Source: the human T2T-CHM13v2.0 reference genome, Homo sapiens. Taken from it: DNA of 64,000 nt. Below, piece after piece: positions 13,049-27,122 of this stretch. The first letter of the stretch is position 1. The number at the start of each line of letters is the position of its first letter. The stretch lies in the NCBI RefSeq assembly GCF_009914755.1, contig NC_060948.1; one strand, written 5' to 3'. Under the pieces are notes generated by a model. The model was given only the letters and a program-made list of their open reading frames with translations. It searched no databases and was not told the origin of the DNA. A program made the position numbers and the translations under genes.

Positions 13049-14505
13049 TCTTTTTGTGTTCTTGTTGGTTTCATTTGAAGAATGCTAGTTTTTAATTTTT
13101 ATGTAGTTGAATTTGTTTACTTTTGTCTTTTGTCACTTGTGTCACATCTATAAAATTATTATCTAACCCAAGGTCTTAGTTTACTTCTATTTTTTTCTTC
13201 TATGAGTTTTATGGTGTTAGCTCTTCTATTTATTTTTTTGATACATATTTACTTAATTTTTGTATATGTATGAGGCAGGGGTTTAAATTTATTATTTTGT
13301 ATGATGATATCTAGTTGCCCCAGGATTATTTGTGGAAAATATCTTTTCCTCCATTCAAGTGTCTTGGTACTCATTTTGAATCAACTCATTATTCCACTAT
13401 TACTTTCCTTATGATAGCACCACAAAGTCTTGATTACTGTAGATTTATAGGAGGTTTTGAAATGAGGGAGTGAGTACTCCAAATTCGTTTTTTGTTTTTA
13501 AACAGTTTTAGCTATTCTTGGTTTCTCATATCTGCATGCAAATTTTAATATCAATTTGTCAATTTCTGAAAAGAAAGGAAAAAAGGCAGCTGGGATTTTT
13601 ACATGGATTTTTACACAATCCCTGTAAAATTAATGTGAGTATTGTATGTCATTGAATCTGTATATTAATATGGACATTAATGCCATCTTAACATTATTAA
13701 CACTTCTAATCCATGAATATGACATGTTTCTCTATTTAGGTCTTCTTTAATTTCTTTCAGTGGTGATTTGTATTAATTTGTGTATAAGTCTCGCATCTAT
13801 CTTGTTAAATTTATTCTAGTCTTCGTTGCTGTAATACAGTATATAATCATGCAATTGGTTTTTGTATATCGATATGTCCTTCAAATTTGTTGGACTCATT
13901 GACTAGCTCTAATGGTGGATGCTTTGAATTGTTTTATATAACATGATATTATGAGCAAATTCTAGTCTTATTTCCTAAATTGACAGGGGTTTTTAATTCA
14001 TTTTTTCCTTTTCTTCTTCTTCTTCTTCTTTTTTTTTTTTCTTTTGAGACAGAGTCTTGCTTATAATCCAGGCTGGAGTGCAGTGAGTGGCAGGATCACA
14101 GCTTCACTGCAGGCTCAAGCAGTCCTCCCACCTCAGTCTCCTAAGTAGCTAGAACTACAGGCATGTGCCCCCACACTTGGCTAATTTTTAAAAATCTTTT
14201 GTAGAGACAGGGTCTCACTATATTACCCAGGCTGCTCTCGAACTCGTGAACTTAAGCCATTCTCCCAGCCTGGCCTCCCAAAGTGTTGAGATTACAAGCA
14301 GGAGCCACCGTGCCAGGACTAAAATTTTTTTTTTGACTAATTTTTATGGCAAGAATGTCCAGTACAATGTCAAATAGAAGTGATGATAGAAGACCTCTTT
14401 GTGTTATCCCTAATTTAAAAGAGAAGCTTCCAATATTTTCTCATTTAATATGGTATTAGTTGTAGATGTTCTTCATCAAGTTGATGAATGTCTGTTCTAT
14501 TCCTA
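13049..14505 (-). mobile_element. Old L1M ORF2, continuation of the 3330-3981 element
   Basis: Antisense ORF2 sequence colinear across the provirus. Confidence 0.8.
14010..14320 (-). mobile_element. AluJ
   Basis: Antisense Alu with (CTT)n/T tail and J-type diagnostics. Confidence 0.88.
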
Positions 14506-14909
14506 GTGGCAATGGATAAGATCTATATATAAGTTCTATTAGAATAATAATGTTCTAGACAAAACTAGGAATAAATCATTTATAATTAAAAGTATAATTT
14601 ATCATAAAATATTTTTGAAAATATAAGATGTAACCAGAGCAAATATTTTAAAATAGGAAATGTTCCTGTCCACTTTAGAACATCCAATATCAGGGGGTTG
14701 GTTAATTAACTTTTCCTTCTATAATGAAATATCAGGTATCTGAGGCCTAAAAATTCTTAAGATGAAATAATGCCAATTATTCTACAATTAGATAAGGGGT
14801 TTAAGAAGTGGAGAACCTGCCTGCAGTGTCATATGGGAACTTGTTTCAGGAACTTACTCCTTCAAATCTAAACTGCCAATGACAGTGTTTGTCAACATTC
14901 TCTAGACTT

Positions 14910-15172
14910 GGTATTAGAATAGAATAAGACAAATTATGCTGCTGTAATCATTTTGACCATAAAATTTCAGTGGCATAGTCCAACAAAATTTATTTGTTAC
15001 ACGACGTCAGATGGTGTTTAGTGTTATCCAACTATCATCCAGTAACTCAGGGATTCAATGTCATGAAGAGAGTTTTCCCAGTTCAGTTTAAGTGCGATTT
15101 TGACACATGGCCACAAACACACATATGAAAATAAGGAGAAGCACAGAAATAGTGAGCACTGAATGTCTGCTA
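14910..15172 (-). mobile_element. MaLR LTR fragment (old MLT1-like)
   Basis: ttatgctgctgtaa...aaaatttcagtggc...caacaaaatttattt motif. Confidence 0.45.
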
Positions 15173-16167
15173 TAAGCACCTCATCTAAATCAGACAATAC
15201 ACTTTACTCAAGATACAATTACAAAAACAGGGTTTGTGACCTTCTGGATGTACGTGGTATTTTGAGGAAACCAAAGGAATAAGTAATCTATTGCACTACA
15301 ATGTAACACATTGATCATATAGTAGAGGACTATGAGACAGTTATTTGTGGTGTTAATTGCACAATTAGGGAGGATAAAAGAAGAGAAAGTTTTCCTAGAA
15401 GAAGTAATATTTAAGAATTCAATAGCTTAGCATGGAGGAGGAGAAAGAGCACAATGTGATTTAGGCACAGAAAGAAATGTTCACATTCCCAGCAAGTGGG
15501 TGTTAGAACATAATGAGATATATTCTCTAGAAAGATTTCTCAGGAAGAAATAAAAGGGGTAACCAAAGAAAGCACTGAAGGCAGACAGAAAATGTGAACA
15601 GCTATTAAAATTTACCATTACCTCAGGGCACACACCTTAAAAATCCCAGATCACTATGGTGGATAGTTTTCCACGGTCTTCATCCTTGGCAGGCCACACA
15701 TTTTTAATTGGTTTATCAAGACATTAAAGCCGTCAATAGCTCACAATCAAAATAAAATTATTTAAAGGGCTCAATTATTTGGTTTCATCTTTTCTCACAG
15801 ATCTTTACCTAGTCCTTAGATTTTTTGATGAATTTAAGAACAAATTTTAGTATACTCCGAACCATATTCAACATTTTTTTGAACTAGAAAGTTCTGTTCA
15901 AATTAATTAGTCTATCATTATGAGAGTAATTATTTCATCAATAATCCCAACCTCTATTTCCGCTAAATATGCTGATTTGATCTTCCTGAGAAAAATAAGT
16001 GTGTTCAATGGGTTCTTTTCATTCTTGACCTATTCAAATACTACCCAGGATTTAGCTTGATCTTGTCTCATGTATAAAGCTTCTCTTGGCCACCCCAGAT
16101 CAAAATAACCTCTCCTGCCTTTTTGCTTTTATTTCACTTGTCTGTGTCTATCACAGTAGCTAATCCC

Positions 16168-16590
16168 TATAGTTAATTTTATGTGTTAATTTAGAGGGTA
16201 TTTGTGTATGAGATTAATATTAAAACTGGTTCTGGTGAACTTTGAATAAACATGTTTCCCTTCATCATGTGGATAAGCATTATGTAATCAATTAAATGCC
16301 CAAACAGAACAAAAAGACTAGCCTTTCCAAGCAAGAGGAAATTCTCTCCAACAAACTGTCTTGGAATCCATCTGCACCATAGGCTTTCCTGGGGCTTAAG
16401 GCAGCTGGCCCACAACACAAATTTTGGTTTTCTCAGCCTTTGTAATCACATTAGCCAATTCCTCATAATTTTTCTCTCTCTCTCCTCTCTCTCTCTATAT
16501 ATATATAATAAACAGACACACATATGTGTATGTAGACAAATATATATATCCTATTTTTTCTATTTTTCTGAAGAGCACAGAGCAGAACAC
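16168..16590 (+). mobile_element. MLT2 (MLT2D-like) ERVL solo LTR
   Basis: gttaattttatgtgt...aacagaacaaaaagact...agccaattcc...(CT)n(TA)n...tcctatt...ttctg. Confidence 0.75.
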
Positions 16591-17332
16591 TACTGTATAA
16601 ACACTTTCAAAATATGTGTATTTTTCCTAAATCAATCCATTTGTTAGGTACTCAGACACCGCCATAACATCTATAATAGATTCAGAAAATTTACTATTTT
16701 ATTTTCAAAACATTGATTGTATTTTAACACCTATTTCAGCTCAGTTATTCTGTGCTTTATTCAGCTTCACATCTTCCATAAAGTCTAACACAATGATTAG
16801 CACAAAGCAAGAAATAAAGTTTATTAACAGTTATAAAAAGCATACATGACTGATAAATTAATAAAGATTTACTTTTAATAGTACCTAGGATTATGAAAAA
16901 ATTAAATAATTGACATAAGTAAAAATTATTGTTCACCAAAATACATCCCAGTATTTGTATTGTTTTCCTACAAGCGTGGTCATGATCTATGCTAAAGAAT
17001 ATCCTATTTTACAACTGTATTCCTTTCAAATATATTTTATCTTCTCAGGTATGTGTAAATGTTTACTTCTTGCAAAATAATTATGGTGATAAGGGCAAGG
17101 CCATATTGATTTACTGTCTAGTATGCTTCATAAGTGGTCTACATGTTTAACCGATAAGTTAGCACCTCACACAATATATTCCCTTTTAAATCCCAAAATA
17201 AATGTTTGGTATTACAAACTTTCAGTACATTGTCTTTGAAATGTCAGCAGGAGTAACATTTTTTGAAGTCATGGAATTTATGTTTGCATTTTCAAAGATG
17301 GCAGTGCAGTACTTCCATACAATGATTTTACG

Positions 17333-17691
17333 TTGGTTTTCTGTTCCTGGGTGTTTGCTAAGGATGATGACTTCCAGCTCCATCCGTGTTCCTGTAAATG
17401 ATATGAACTCATTCCTTTTTATGGCTGCAAAGAAAATACCACATGTTCTCATTTATGAGTTGGAGCTAACTGATGAGAACACATGGACACACAGAGGGAA
17501 ACAGCAGACACTGAGGCCTACCTGAAGGTGGAGGGTGGGAGAAGGGAGAGGATCAGGAAAAATAACTAATGGGTACTAGGCTTAATACCTGAGTGATAAA
17601 CTAATCTATACAACATACCTCCATAACACGAGTTTACCTATATAAGAAACCTGAACATGTACTCCTGAATTTAAAATAAATGTTTAAAAAA
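17333..17691 (+). mobile_element. Short L1PA (older primate) 3' end with 5' inversion
   Basis: Antisense 17333-17429 joined to sense 17434-17691; the two parts are adjacent in L1 sequence. Confidence 0.85.
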
Positions 17692-17716
17692 TAGTTGTGC
17701 TTTGATATTTGCAGTT

Positions 17717-17781
17717 CATATATATATATAATATATACATATACATATATATACACATATACATATATATATATATATATA
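17717..17781. repeat. (TA)n/(TACA) microsatellite
   Basis: Read directly. Confidence 0.95.
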
Positions 17782-18129
17782 TTTTTTAAGTGTGGCCAAT
17801 CGTACACCTTTAACATTGGGTATGGCAGCTGGAATATTGCAGATAACACAAAAACTGATAACACATCAAGGCCACAAATTAAGAAGATGAACTTTCTCAA
17901 ATGAGGGAGTGATTTTTCTTACCATGGTTTTCACTAATGTCAAATTGAATGGTAAGATGTGGGGCCATTGCAATGTTTTTCTTATGGCGAAATCACATGC
18001 ATTTTACCCTAACCTGTTAAGCAAATGTAAACTGGACTTGTGTCTTAGCTATATCACTGAGTCTAAAAACATTGACTCAATTTGTTTGTTGTGCCAAATT
18101 TTCAGCCAACTTAAATGGCATTGAACTGA

Positions 18130-18513
<384 letters not shown>

Positions 18514-21202
18514 TAAGCCCTCCAAATTTAATCTCTACAATATTGAAGTAGAAAATGTAATTGTTACATTTACATCTAAAATTTTGTTTATAATTTAATA
18601 AGTTGAATGATTAAATTTGTAAATATACAAGATCGGATTAGTTCATTTGAAGCTTACGATGGAAGTCTTCCTTCATAGAAACAACTCAATTCCATGTTAA
18701 CCATGTGGTAGCTAATAAATGTGGCAGAAATTTATTTAAAAATAATTTATACTTTCTATTATTTAGACCAAATTATAGGATTCTGAAAGTTCACAATCTT
18801 TTCAGTTGATCATGACCCATATGTTGTACTTTTAAACCAATAATCAATGTTATATAACCTTGAAATGATTCCAAACACCTAAGTAGTTTGCTATATAAGT
18901 GATACATTTTGCCGTGATAAGAACTTGGAGTTTATTCCCCATTCTCCTTAAGAAGGTGACACCTTATAAAAATCCATATGTGAATTATTGACCTCACCTC
19001 CTGCACTTCAAAATACATATAAACCCAAATTTGACAGACACTTTGAGAGCTTAGGCTGCAGCTGGCTATAAATCAAGAACATTTTCTGTGATAGGGCTGC
19101 ATTGTCAGCTGCTTCTCTGAGGACTAACAGGTCAGGTAGTGGCAAAGCAACATCTTTAGGCTTTGAGTTAACCTTTGAAGTCTTGTTGGTTAACAGAAAC
19201 CTCATCTTCTTGTGTCAAAGGACCTGAAGTGCCTTCACAGATCTCCTACTATGTTGGATATCATCTCTCCTGAGAACCACTCCTATAAAGTCATACCTCA
19301 AAGTTGAATTAGACTTTACTTTCCACAGAGGCCTGCTTTTATTCAGATTTAGCAAGTAGACTAATAATTTTGAAACACACTTACTATGTGGTTAATGTAC
19401 CTCGCCTATTGAGTGCATTCTCTGTGAGATTTGTTCATGTAATTCTCCCCCTCTTTAAACACTGCAAACCTAAGGGAAAAAAATTATATTTGTATGGCAA
19501 TAAACTGTGTCATTCCTGAAACTATGCTGTTATCATCTCCTTAGTTCTATGATACAAAACAACCACCAATTCAAAATAATACAATGTGAGTTCTAATATC
19601 AATAATAACTCTTGAAAAATGAAGTACAGACTTAACATTTCATTTGAGAAACAGTGAATCAAAATATCACCAGGCAATAGTTACAAGGGATTCATTACCA
19701 TATTTACACTGGAAGAATCTCCTCCAGGTTTTTTCTTAATGAAAGAAGTCATGTGGAATAGAATTTTTTGTTTGCTTTTTTTTCTTACCAGATTTTATAA
19801 AGGTATTTCCTGAATTTCCCTGGGGAATCTACAGCTGGGAAATAAACTTTCATTTTTCAGTTACTTAGAAATTTTTAGGGAACAAGTTGTAACACAACTG
19901 GCATTTTAATTAAATGTTCTTATTAATGGACTGGCTGACACTTTCAAACATAGGTCTTGGTTTGTAAGAGACACAATGTGAAAGCAGAAATGTAAGAGAT
20001 GCAATGTGAGAAGACAAACCATGTGACTCTGCAGTTGGCTAACACTTGAAAAGACAGTTTGCTTAAGTGTATAATATTCCAAGGTCACTGGTATTTCAGC
20101 AGATACACTGAAGAAGAATTAATATTTTATTTTTATTGTTGGATATTAAATGCAAAAATCCATCCTGTTTCTGACCATAAGAGTTACAGTGATTAGATTT
20201 GCTCTTCCTACACAAAGAATAGTAAATCTGGATAAACGTATAAAATGACTTTCCATAGAATGGAAATTAAGCAGTACAAGTATGAGATAAAGGGAAAAAA
20301 TAACTGGGTCCTTAAAAGCCTCTTGGCTCTCTGCTTGGAGGTGATTTCAACACTAAAAAAGGACGATTCACTTAGCTGAAAAAAGGTGATATCAGGTGGA
20401 GTGTAGAGTATTAATGAGTTGAGAAGAGAAATATTAGAATTTAGAGAGTGAGGTGGCAGAAAGTAAAAGGAAAATGTTTATCAGAGGAGAGAGAGAGAAA
20501 AAAGGGTCTCCAGCCCTCCATTAAGACCTTAATTTGTGTCAAAGATTAAGTGTTATGATTTACCAAAAGTTGAATATATAAAGAAACAATTTTTGGTAAC
20601 ACTTTTGTTCAAAGGCAGAATAAAATATGTGAGTTAAAATTTGATGAGACAAACTCATGATCTACATTATATACAGTTTTTTCCCACTAGATAACTAATT
20701 TTTTTCATGAATTTTTTATATTGGGGCTCAAAGAAAGTTTAGATTAATAAATGTACCACCAAATCTAAAATTTAAAAATAAAATAAAAAATAGATGTGTA
20801 GACTTACTTTCTAGAATTGTAAGTAATAAGATGAACTCACATTTATTTTGTGCTTTATATAAAATTGCTAATTTTTATGTTTTCACAACACTCCTATGAG
20901 AAAAGCATATCATTTTTTATAGATGAGATAACTATGGCTCCTAGTGATCGAGATTGAAAGTAGTATAGTTAGAATGTGAATACGTATTTATGTTACTTTA
21001 AAGATAACACATATAGGAGAAGAATCATACACTAGGGGCCTATTAACACATATATGTATCCACATATATAATGACACCCCAACATGGAATATATATCTAT
21101 AAATGAAGGTAAATAAGAAGTATGTAAAAACATGCTGCACATCATGTGTCATTAGAAATTGGAATGAGAACCACTACATAACTAGTAGAACAACTAAATG
21201 CA

Positions 21203-21251
21203 TAAAATAAAATAAAATAAAATAAAATAAAATAAAATAAAATAAAATAAA
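21203..21251. repeat. (TAAAA)n pentanucleotide repeat
   Basis: Read directly. Confidence 0.95.
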
Positions 21252-21721
21252 GTCTAAAAACATGCATGCACAAAGAAATCCTATTGCAAATGGTTATAGC
21301 TGCTTTATCCATAATTACCAAAACCTGGAAGCAAATAATATGTCCTTTAGTGGATGAATGGACAAACTGTGGTACATCCATTCAATAGAATATTATTCAG
21401 GAATAAAAATAAATTAGCTACCAAAAACCAAAAAGACATAGATGAGTTTTAAATGCATGTTGCTACATGAAAGAGACCAGTCTATAGAGCTAGATACTGT
21501 ATAATTCCAATTATATGACATACTGAAAAGGCAAAACTACAGAAATGATAAACACATTAGTGGTTGCCATGAGTTGAAAGGGTGAGAGAATGTTTGAATA
21601 GGTGAACTACAGAAGACTTTTTAGGGAAGTGACATTATCATGTATGTTATTGTAATGATGGATTTGAAACATTGAGCATTTATCCAGTCTCATAAAATTT
21701 TATGCACTAAGAGTAAGTCTG

Positions 21722-22023
21722 GGCTAGGTGTGGTGGCTCACGCCTATCATTCCAGCACTTTGGGAGGCTGAGGAAGACGGATCACTTGAGGTCAGAAGTT
21801 TGAGACCAGCCTGACCAACATGGAGAAACCCTGTCTCTACTAAAAATACAAAATTAGCTGGGTGTGGTGGCACATGCCTGAAATCCCAGCTACTCGGGAG
21901 GGAGAGGCAGGAGAATCGCTGAACCCAGGAGGTGGAGGTTGCGATGAGCCGAGATTGCACCATTGCACTCCAGCCTGGGCAACAAGAGTGAAACTGTCTC
22001 AAAAAAAAAAAAAAAAAAAAAAA
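21722..22023 (+). mobile_element. AluS (Sq/Sp-like)
   Basis: Full Alu with A tail; TSD agtaagtctg. Confidence 0.93.
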
Positions 22024-23326
22024 GAATAGTAAGTCTGAATGTACACAAACATTTTTTTAAATAATTGAGAAGATTAAGACTCCGGGGATGGAATGCAGAA
22101 TCATCTGACAAAATAAAATGTACTAAAACTATGTGAAATATATGAAATGACCTCAATGAAGGAGATGGAAGAGTCTGTAGGACTAAAGGCAAAAGAAACT
22201 GTGTAGAAGCACTGTTTAAGTTTAGAAAACCATTTCCCATAAGGATATGGGTGAGTAATTCTGAAATTACTATACATATATATTGAAATTGAGTAATTAA
22301 TAAGTGTATGACAGAATGTAGCAGCCGGTTTTCTGTGTTTGTTTTTGTTTATGCTTTTACTGTTGGAGTGAGAGGTTAAATATTAACAAAGAGAAGAGGA
22401 AGCTGGGATCATATATATGGTAATTAAATAATGTTAGAGACATTGGTATGTATTTATATATATATGATAATAGAGAAATGAATACATATATAAATATTTA
22501 TAGGTAAGTCTATAATACAAAGGTTAGTATTCACAACTATATCTTTTTACTCTGTCAGGTGAGAGAGCCTAAAAGCAATTATATGCCATTAGCAAAGAGT
22601 ACACCCAGCACCTGAATCTTGTTTTCTACTATAATTATTCAATAAAAGAAACCACATCTCCTTAAAGAAATGACTGATTCTACAAATAGGGAAGAAAACA
22701 CGTAAGGCAAGCCTGGTGCATCTTATAGCAGCAGAAAGTAAGACAGTACCTGAAAAATCAGATCATTTTAAGGTTCATCAAAGGGCTATAGGAGCAAATA
22801 AAAAGAACTATCAATGGTTAAAGCTGGAAAAAATTGAGCAACATAATAAATGAGCTTGTATTGGATAATAATCCACAACAAAAACATTTTGTTCATACTG
22901 ATATAAATTAATGAGTTATTGAATAAATAAATGAGTAGAGAAGAATAACTACATCTTTCACACAAAATAATTCTAAATAATTTATGTAGAGAATCTGCCC
23001 TTAAGGAGGTGGAGTGTAACTCCCCATTCCTTAAATCTGAGCTGCACACACATATAATATGGATAGGGTGGGAATGAAAGTGACTTTACACTGGAGAAAA
23101 CTAGAAAACATTATCTAAGGCAGGTGACCAATGTTAACATCAATGATGATGCATCGTGTTGAGAGTATGTATCATTGATATGATGTCATGACGATGATGT
23201 TTTACACCTCAGGATTTCCATATATTACTCCAGTCTAATTATGAGATAAACATCAGAGAAATTCCAATTGGGGGACATTCTGAAAAATACCTGACCAGTG
23301 CTCTTCAAAACTGTAAAACAGTACTT

Positions 23327-25320
23327 GAGGAAAGGGGAGCAAGGTGGCAGAACAGAAGGCTCCACTAACCGTGTCACCTGCAAGAACACAAATGTAACAA
23401 CAATCTACAAAAAACACCATTATAAGAACCAAAAATTAGATGAGCACCTGATTATAACTTTATATTGCTGAAAGAGGCACTGAAGAGGTAGAAAAAAATA
23501 GTCTTGAATGCTAACACCACTCCTCCTTCATCCCCTGGCAGTGTCCATGTGGTGTGGAGAACATTTCTGTGTGCTGGGAAGAGGAATAGTGTAGCAATTG
23601 TGAGACATTGAACTCATCGCTGCAGTGCTATAGCAGAAAGAAAACAAAAGCAAACTCAGCCGATGCCCACCCAAAGAGGGTGCATTTAAGCCAGCCCTAG
23701 CTAGAGGGGAATTGCCAATCTCAGTGGCCCTTACTTGAGTTTCTGCAAGCTTCACCACCATGGGCTAAATTGCTATGGGTCTCCAAGTAAACTTGAAAGG
23801 CTGCTTGAGGAGATGAGAGGCAAGAGCGGGGAGGGCTTTGTCTTGCTTCTTGAATACCAGCTCAGCCACAGCAGGATAGAGCACGAGTCAGTCATGAGAT
23901 CCCCTTTCCAGGCCCCAGCTCCTGGATGATGTTGCTAGACACACTCTGTGTAAGAAGAGAACCGACTCCCTTGAAGGAAAGGAGCCAATTCTGGCATAAT
24001 TCATCAACTGCTAACTGAAGAGCCCTTGGGCCCTGAATAACTAGCAGCGATACCCTGGTACTATGTCAAGGGCTTGGGGTGACACTCTGAGACTTGCTGG
24101 CTTCAGTAGAGACTCAAAACATTCTCAGCTCTGGTGGCTACAAAGCAAGATTCCTTCTGCTTGAGAAAACTAGAGGGAAAAGTAAAGGGGACTTTGTCTT
24201 GCACGTTAGGTACCAGCTTAGCCACAGGGGTTTACAGCACTAAGTGTGCTCTTGAGGTCCCTGATTCCAAGATTTGGATCTTGGACAACATTTTTGGACC
24301 TGTGCTTGGCCGGAGGGGCGCCCACTCCCCTGAAGGTTGAGGGGTGGGTCTCAGGCAAGGCAGCAATCACCACAAGCTGACTGAAGAGCCCTTGGGCCTT
24401 AAGGAGTCATCGGCCGTAGCCTGATAGCACCCTCTGTGGATGTGTGGAGGCAGTGGCCACAAGATGAGGCTCCTCTGCCTTTGGAAAGAGAAAGGAAGTG
24501 TGGGAAGGACTGGGCTTTCTGGTTCGAGTGCCAGCTCTGTTGCAGTACAATAAAATACCAGGTAGACTGCTAAGGTTTTTGACTATAGTCCCTAGCTCCT
24601 GGTAGGCACCTCTGGACCCACTCGAGGTCTGGGAAAACTCACCACCATGAAGGGAAAGACAAAGGCCTGGCTGGCTTTACCACCTCCTAATTGTAGAGCC
24701 CCAGGTCCTTGAGTAAACACAGTAAGTAGTCAGGGAATGGTTACGGCAGGCCTTGGGTGAGACCCAGTGCCATACTAACTTCAGGTCTGACCTAGTGCTG
24801 TCCTAGGTGTGGTGACCACAGGGATGCTTGTGTCACAAAAACTACAGTTCCAAGTAGCTCAAAGGAGAGAAAGAGACTCTGGGAGAAAGTAAGGGGAGAG
24901 AGCAAGAGTCTCTGCCTTGTAATTCAGAGAATTCTTCCTTATCTTGCCCAGGACTATCAAGATGGTACCTATATAAGTCTGCAAAAAACAGTGTTAATGA
25001 GCTTGTGGTGCCCCCTAAAGCAGATACAGCTTAGATCACAACAACCAAGTCTTTTCGAAAATCTGGAAAGCCTTTCCAAGAAGGATGAGGATAATAAGCC
25101 CAGACTAAGAAAACTACAATAAAAACCTAACTCTTTGATGCCCAGACAGAGATGAACATCTATTAGTATCAAGAACATACAGGAAAACATGACCTCACCA
25201 AATTAACAGAATAAAGCACCAGGGACTAATCCTAGAAAAAAAGAGGTATGTGACCTTTCAGACAGAAAATGTAAAATAGCTGTTTTGAGGAAACTCAAAG
25301 AAATTAAAGATAACAGAGAG
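23327..25320 (+). mobile_element. L1 (L1M1/L1MA-type) 5' UTR plus ORF1 start, 3'-truncated
   Basis: gagcaaggtggcagaacagaaggctccac start; homologous to antisense 60442-61715; ORF1 start atgacctcacca near 25189. Confidence 0.8.
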
Positions 25321-25674
25321 GGATTTTGAAATTACACCCAGCTTTCTTCTGCTCTATTAAATATTAGTTCATGCAAGCTGTGTTTTAAGCACTGTCGCTC
25401 AGGCTTAATTTTCTAACCTCTTCTCTCACCGCCCTCAGATTACTGTTGAAAATAAAGAGTGGTATTTATTGGTTTTATATTATGTGTAGAGGTGAATTTA
25501 TATATTCTTTGTGAAGATAGGTAGTATATGAATAAAACTTTTTCTACACGAATTAAAATTTCTCATATTGGCTTTTCAGTCATAGTGATGTAGCATTCCA
25601 AATATTAATAAGTTGTTTTTAAATTTTTAGTTAGATAAGTGTAGCTCACCTGCATTAAAAAATCTATTTTATCA

Positions 25675-26118
<444 letters not shown>

Positions 26119-26776
26119 CTAAATATATTTAATAATCAAATAGGTCAGAAGAAAATAAATAAATACAAAGAGATAGGGTAAGGAGAGAAGGATTTGTGGT
26201 AAGCAGAGATAATTTATCAAAAGGTAGCATGTATTTGAAAACAAACAAAAATATATGTCAAATGTAATTTTAAAACATTAATGTTGGTACAGTCTCTTCA
26301 GTTGGAAATAAAACTCAGAATGTCTATAATACCAAAAGAGGTTTAACAAAAAGAGAACAAAAAACCCTTGCAGATTTGATTTCACATTAAAAGTGAATTC
26401 CCAAGTCAATTAATTATGGTTTCCATAGTTTCAAGCAGACATATATGGATTTTAAATATACTGTATTAGACTCCTCAACAATGATTTTCTCTCTAGAAAG
26501 CACAAATAAATAGAGTCAATAATGTGAGTTTCCTTTTGTATTTAATCATTTAAGTTTCAATAGAAGGTACTTTGTAATTAGATATTTCCTTCTTTTTCCT
26601 CCTCTGTTAAAAAAAGCTAAGAAGTAGTATTTTCTTTTTTGCTTACGGAAGTTTTTCTTGTACCAGAAAAGACTTTTAACATGTGAAATAGAATTTTATA
26701 GACTAAACTAACCAGCCTACAAATCTTCTTATACTCTAAAATTTATGCAGATATTTTAAGTTACAGAATACATTTA

Positions 26777-27122
26777 CAGATGTTCCTGGACTTAACGATG
26801 GTGTTACATCTTTATAAACTCATCATAGCTTGAACATACCATAAGTCAAAAATGCATCTAATACACATAACCTATTGAACATTATAGTTTAGCCTACATT
26901 ATAGTTTAGCCTAAACATTATAGTTTAGCCTAAATGTGCTTGGGACACTTATATTAGCCTATAATTGGGCAAAATTATCTAACACAAAGGCTATTTTATA
27001 ATAAAGTATTAAATACATAATGTATTGACTACTGTACTGAATGTGGAAAACAGAATGGCTGTGTGGGTACTCCAAGGATAATTTCTACTGAATGAACATT
27101 TCTTTTGCATCATACATATCTG
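26777..27122. mobile_element. MER47A-like TcMar-Tigger MITE
   Basis: TA|cagatgttcctggacttaacgatgg...atctg|TA; one end partly deleted; internal triplication acattatagtttagcct at 26879-26933. Confidence 0.75.

Larger units (their letters stand above)
21110..23320 (+). mobile_element. Old L1 (L1MC/L1MD-like) 3' region
   Basis: gatgaatggacaaactgtggtacatcc...; long 3' UTR ending ctgaccagtgctcttcaaaactgt. Confidence 0.7.
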
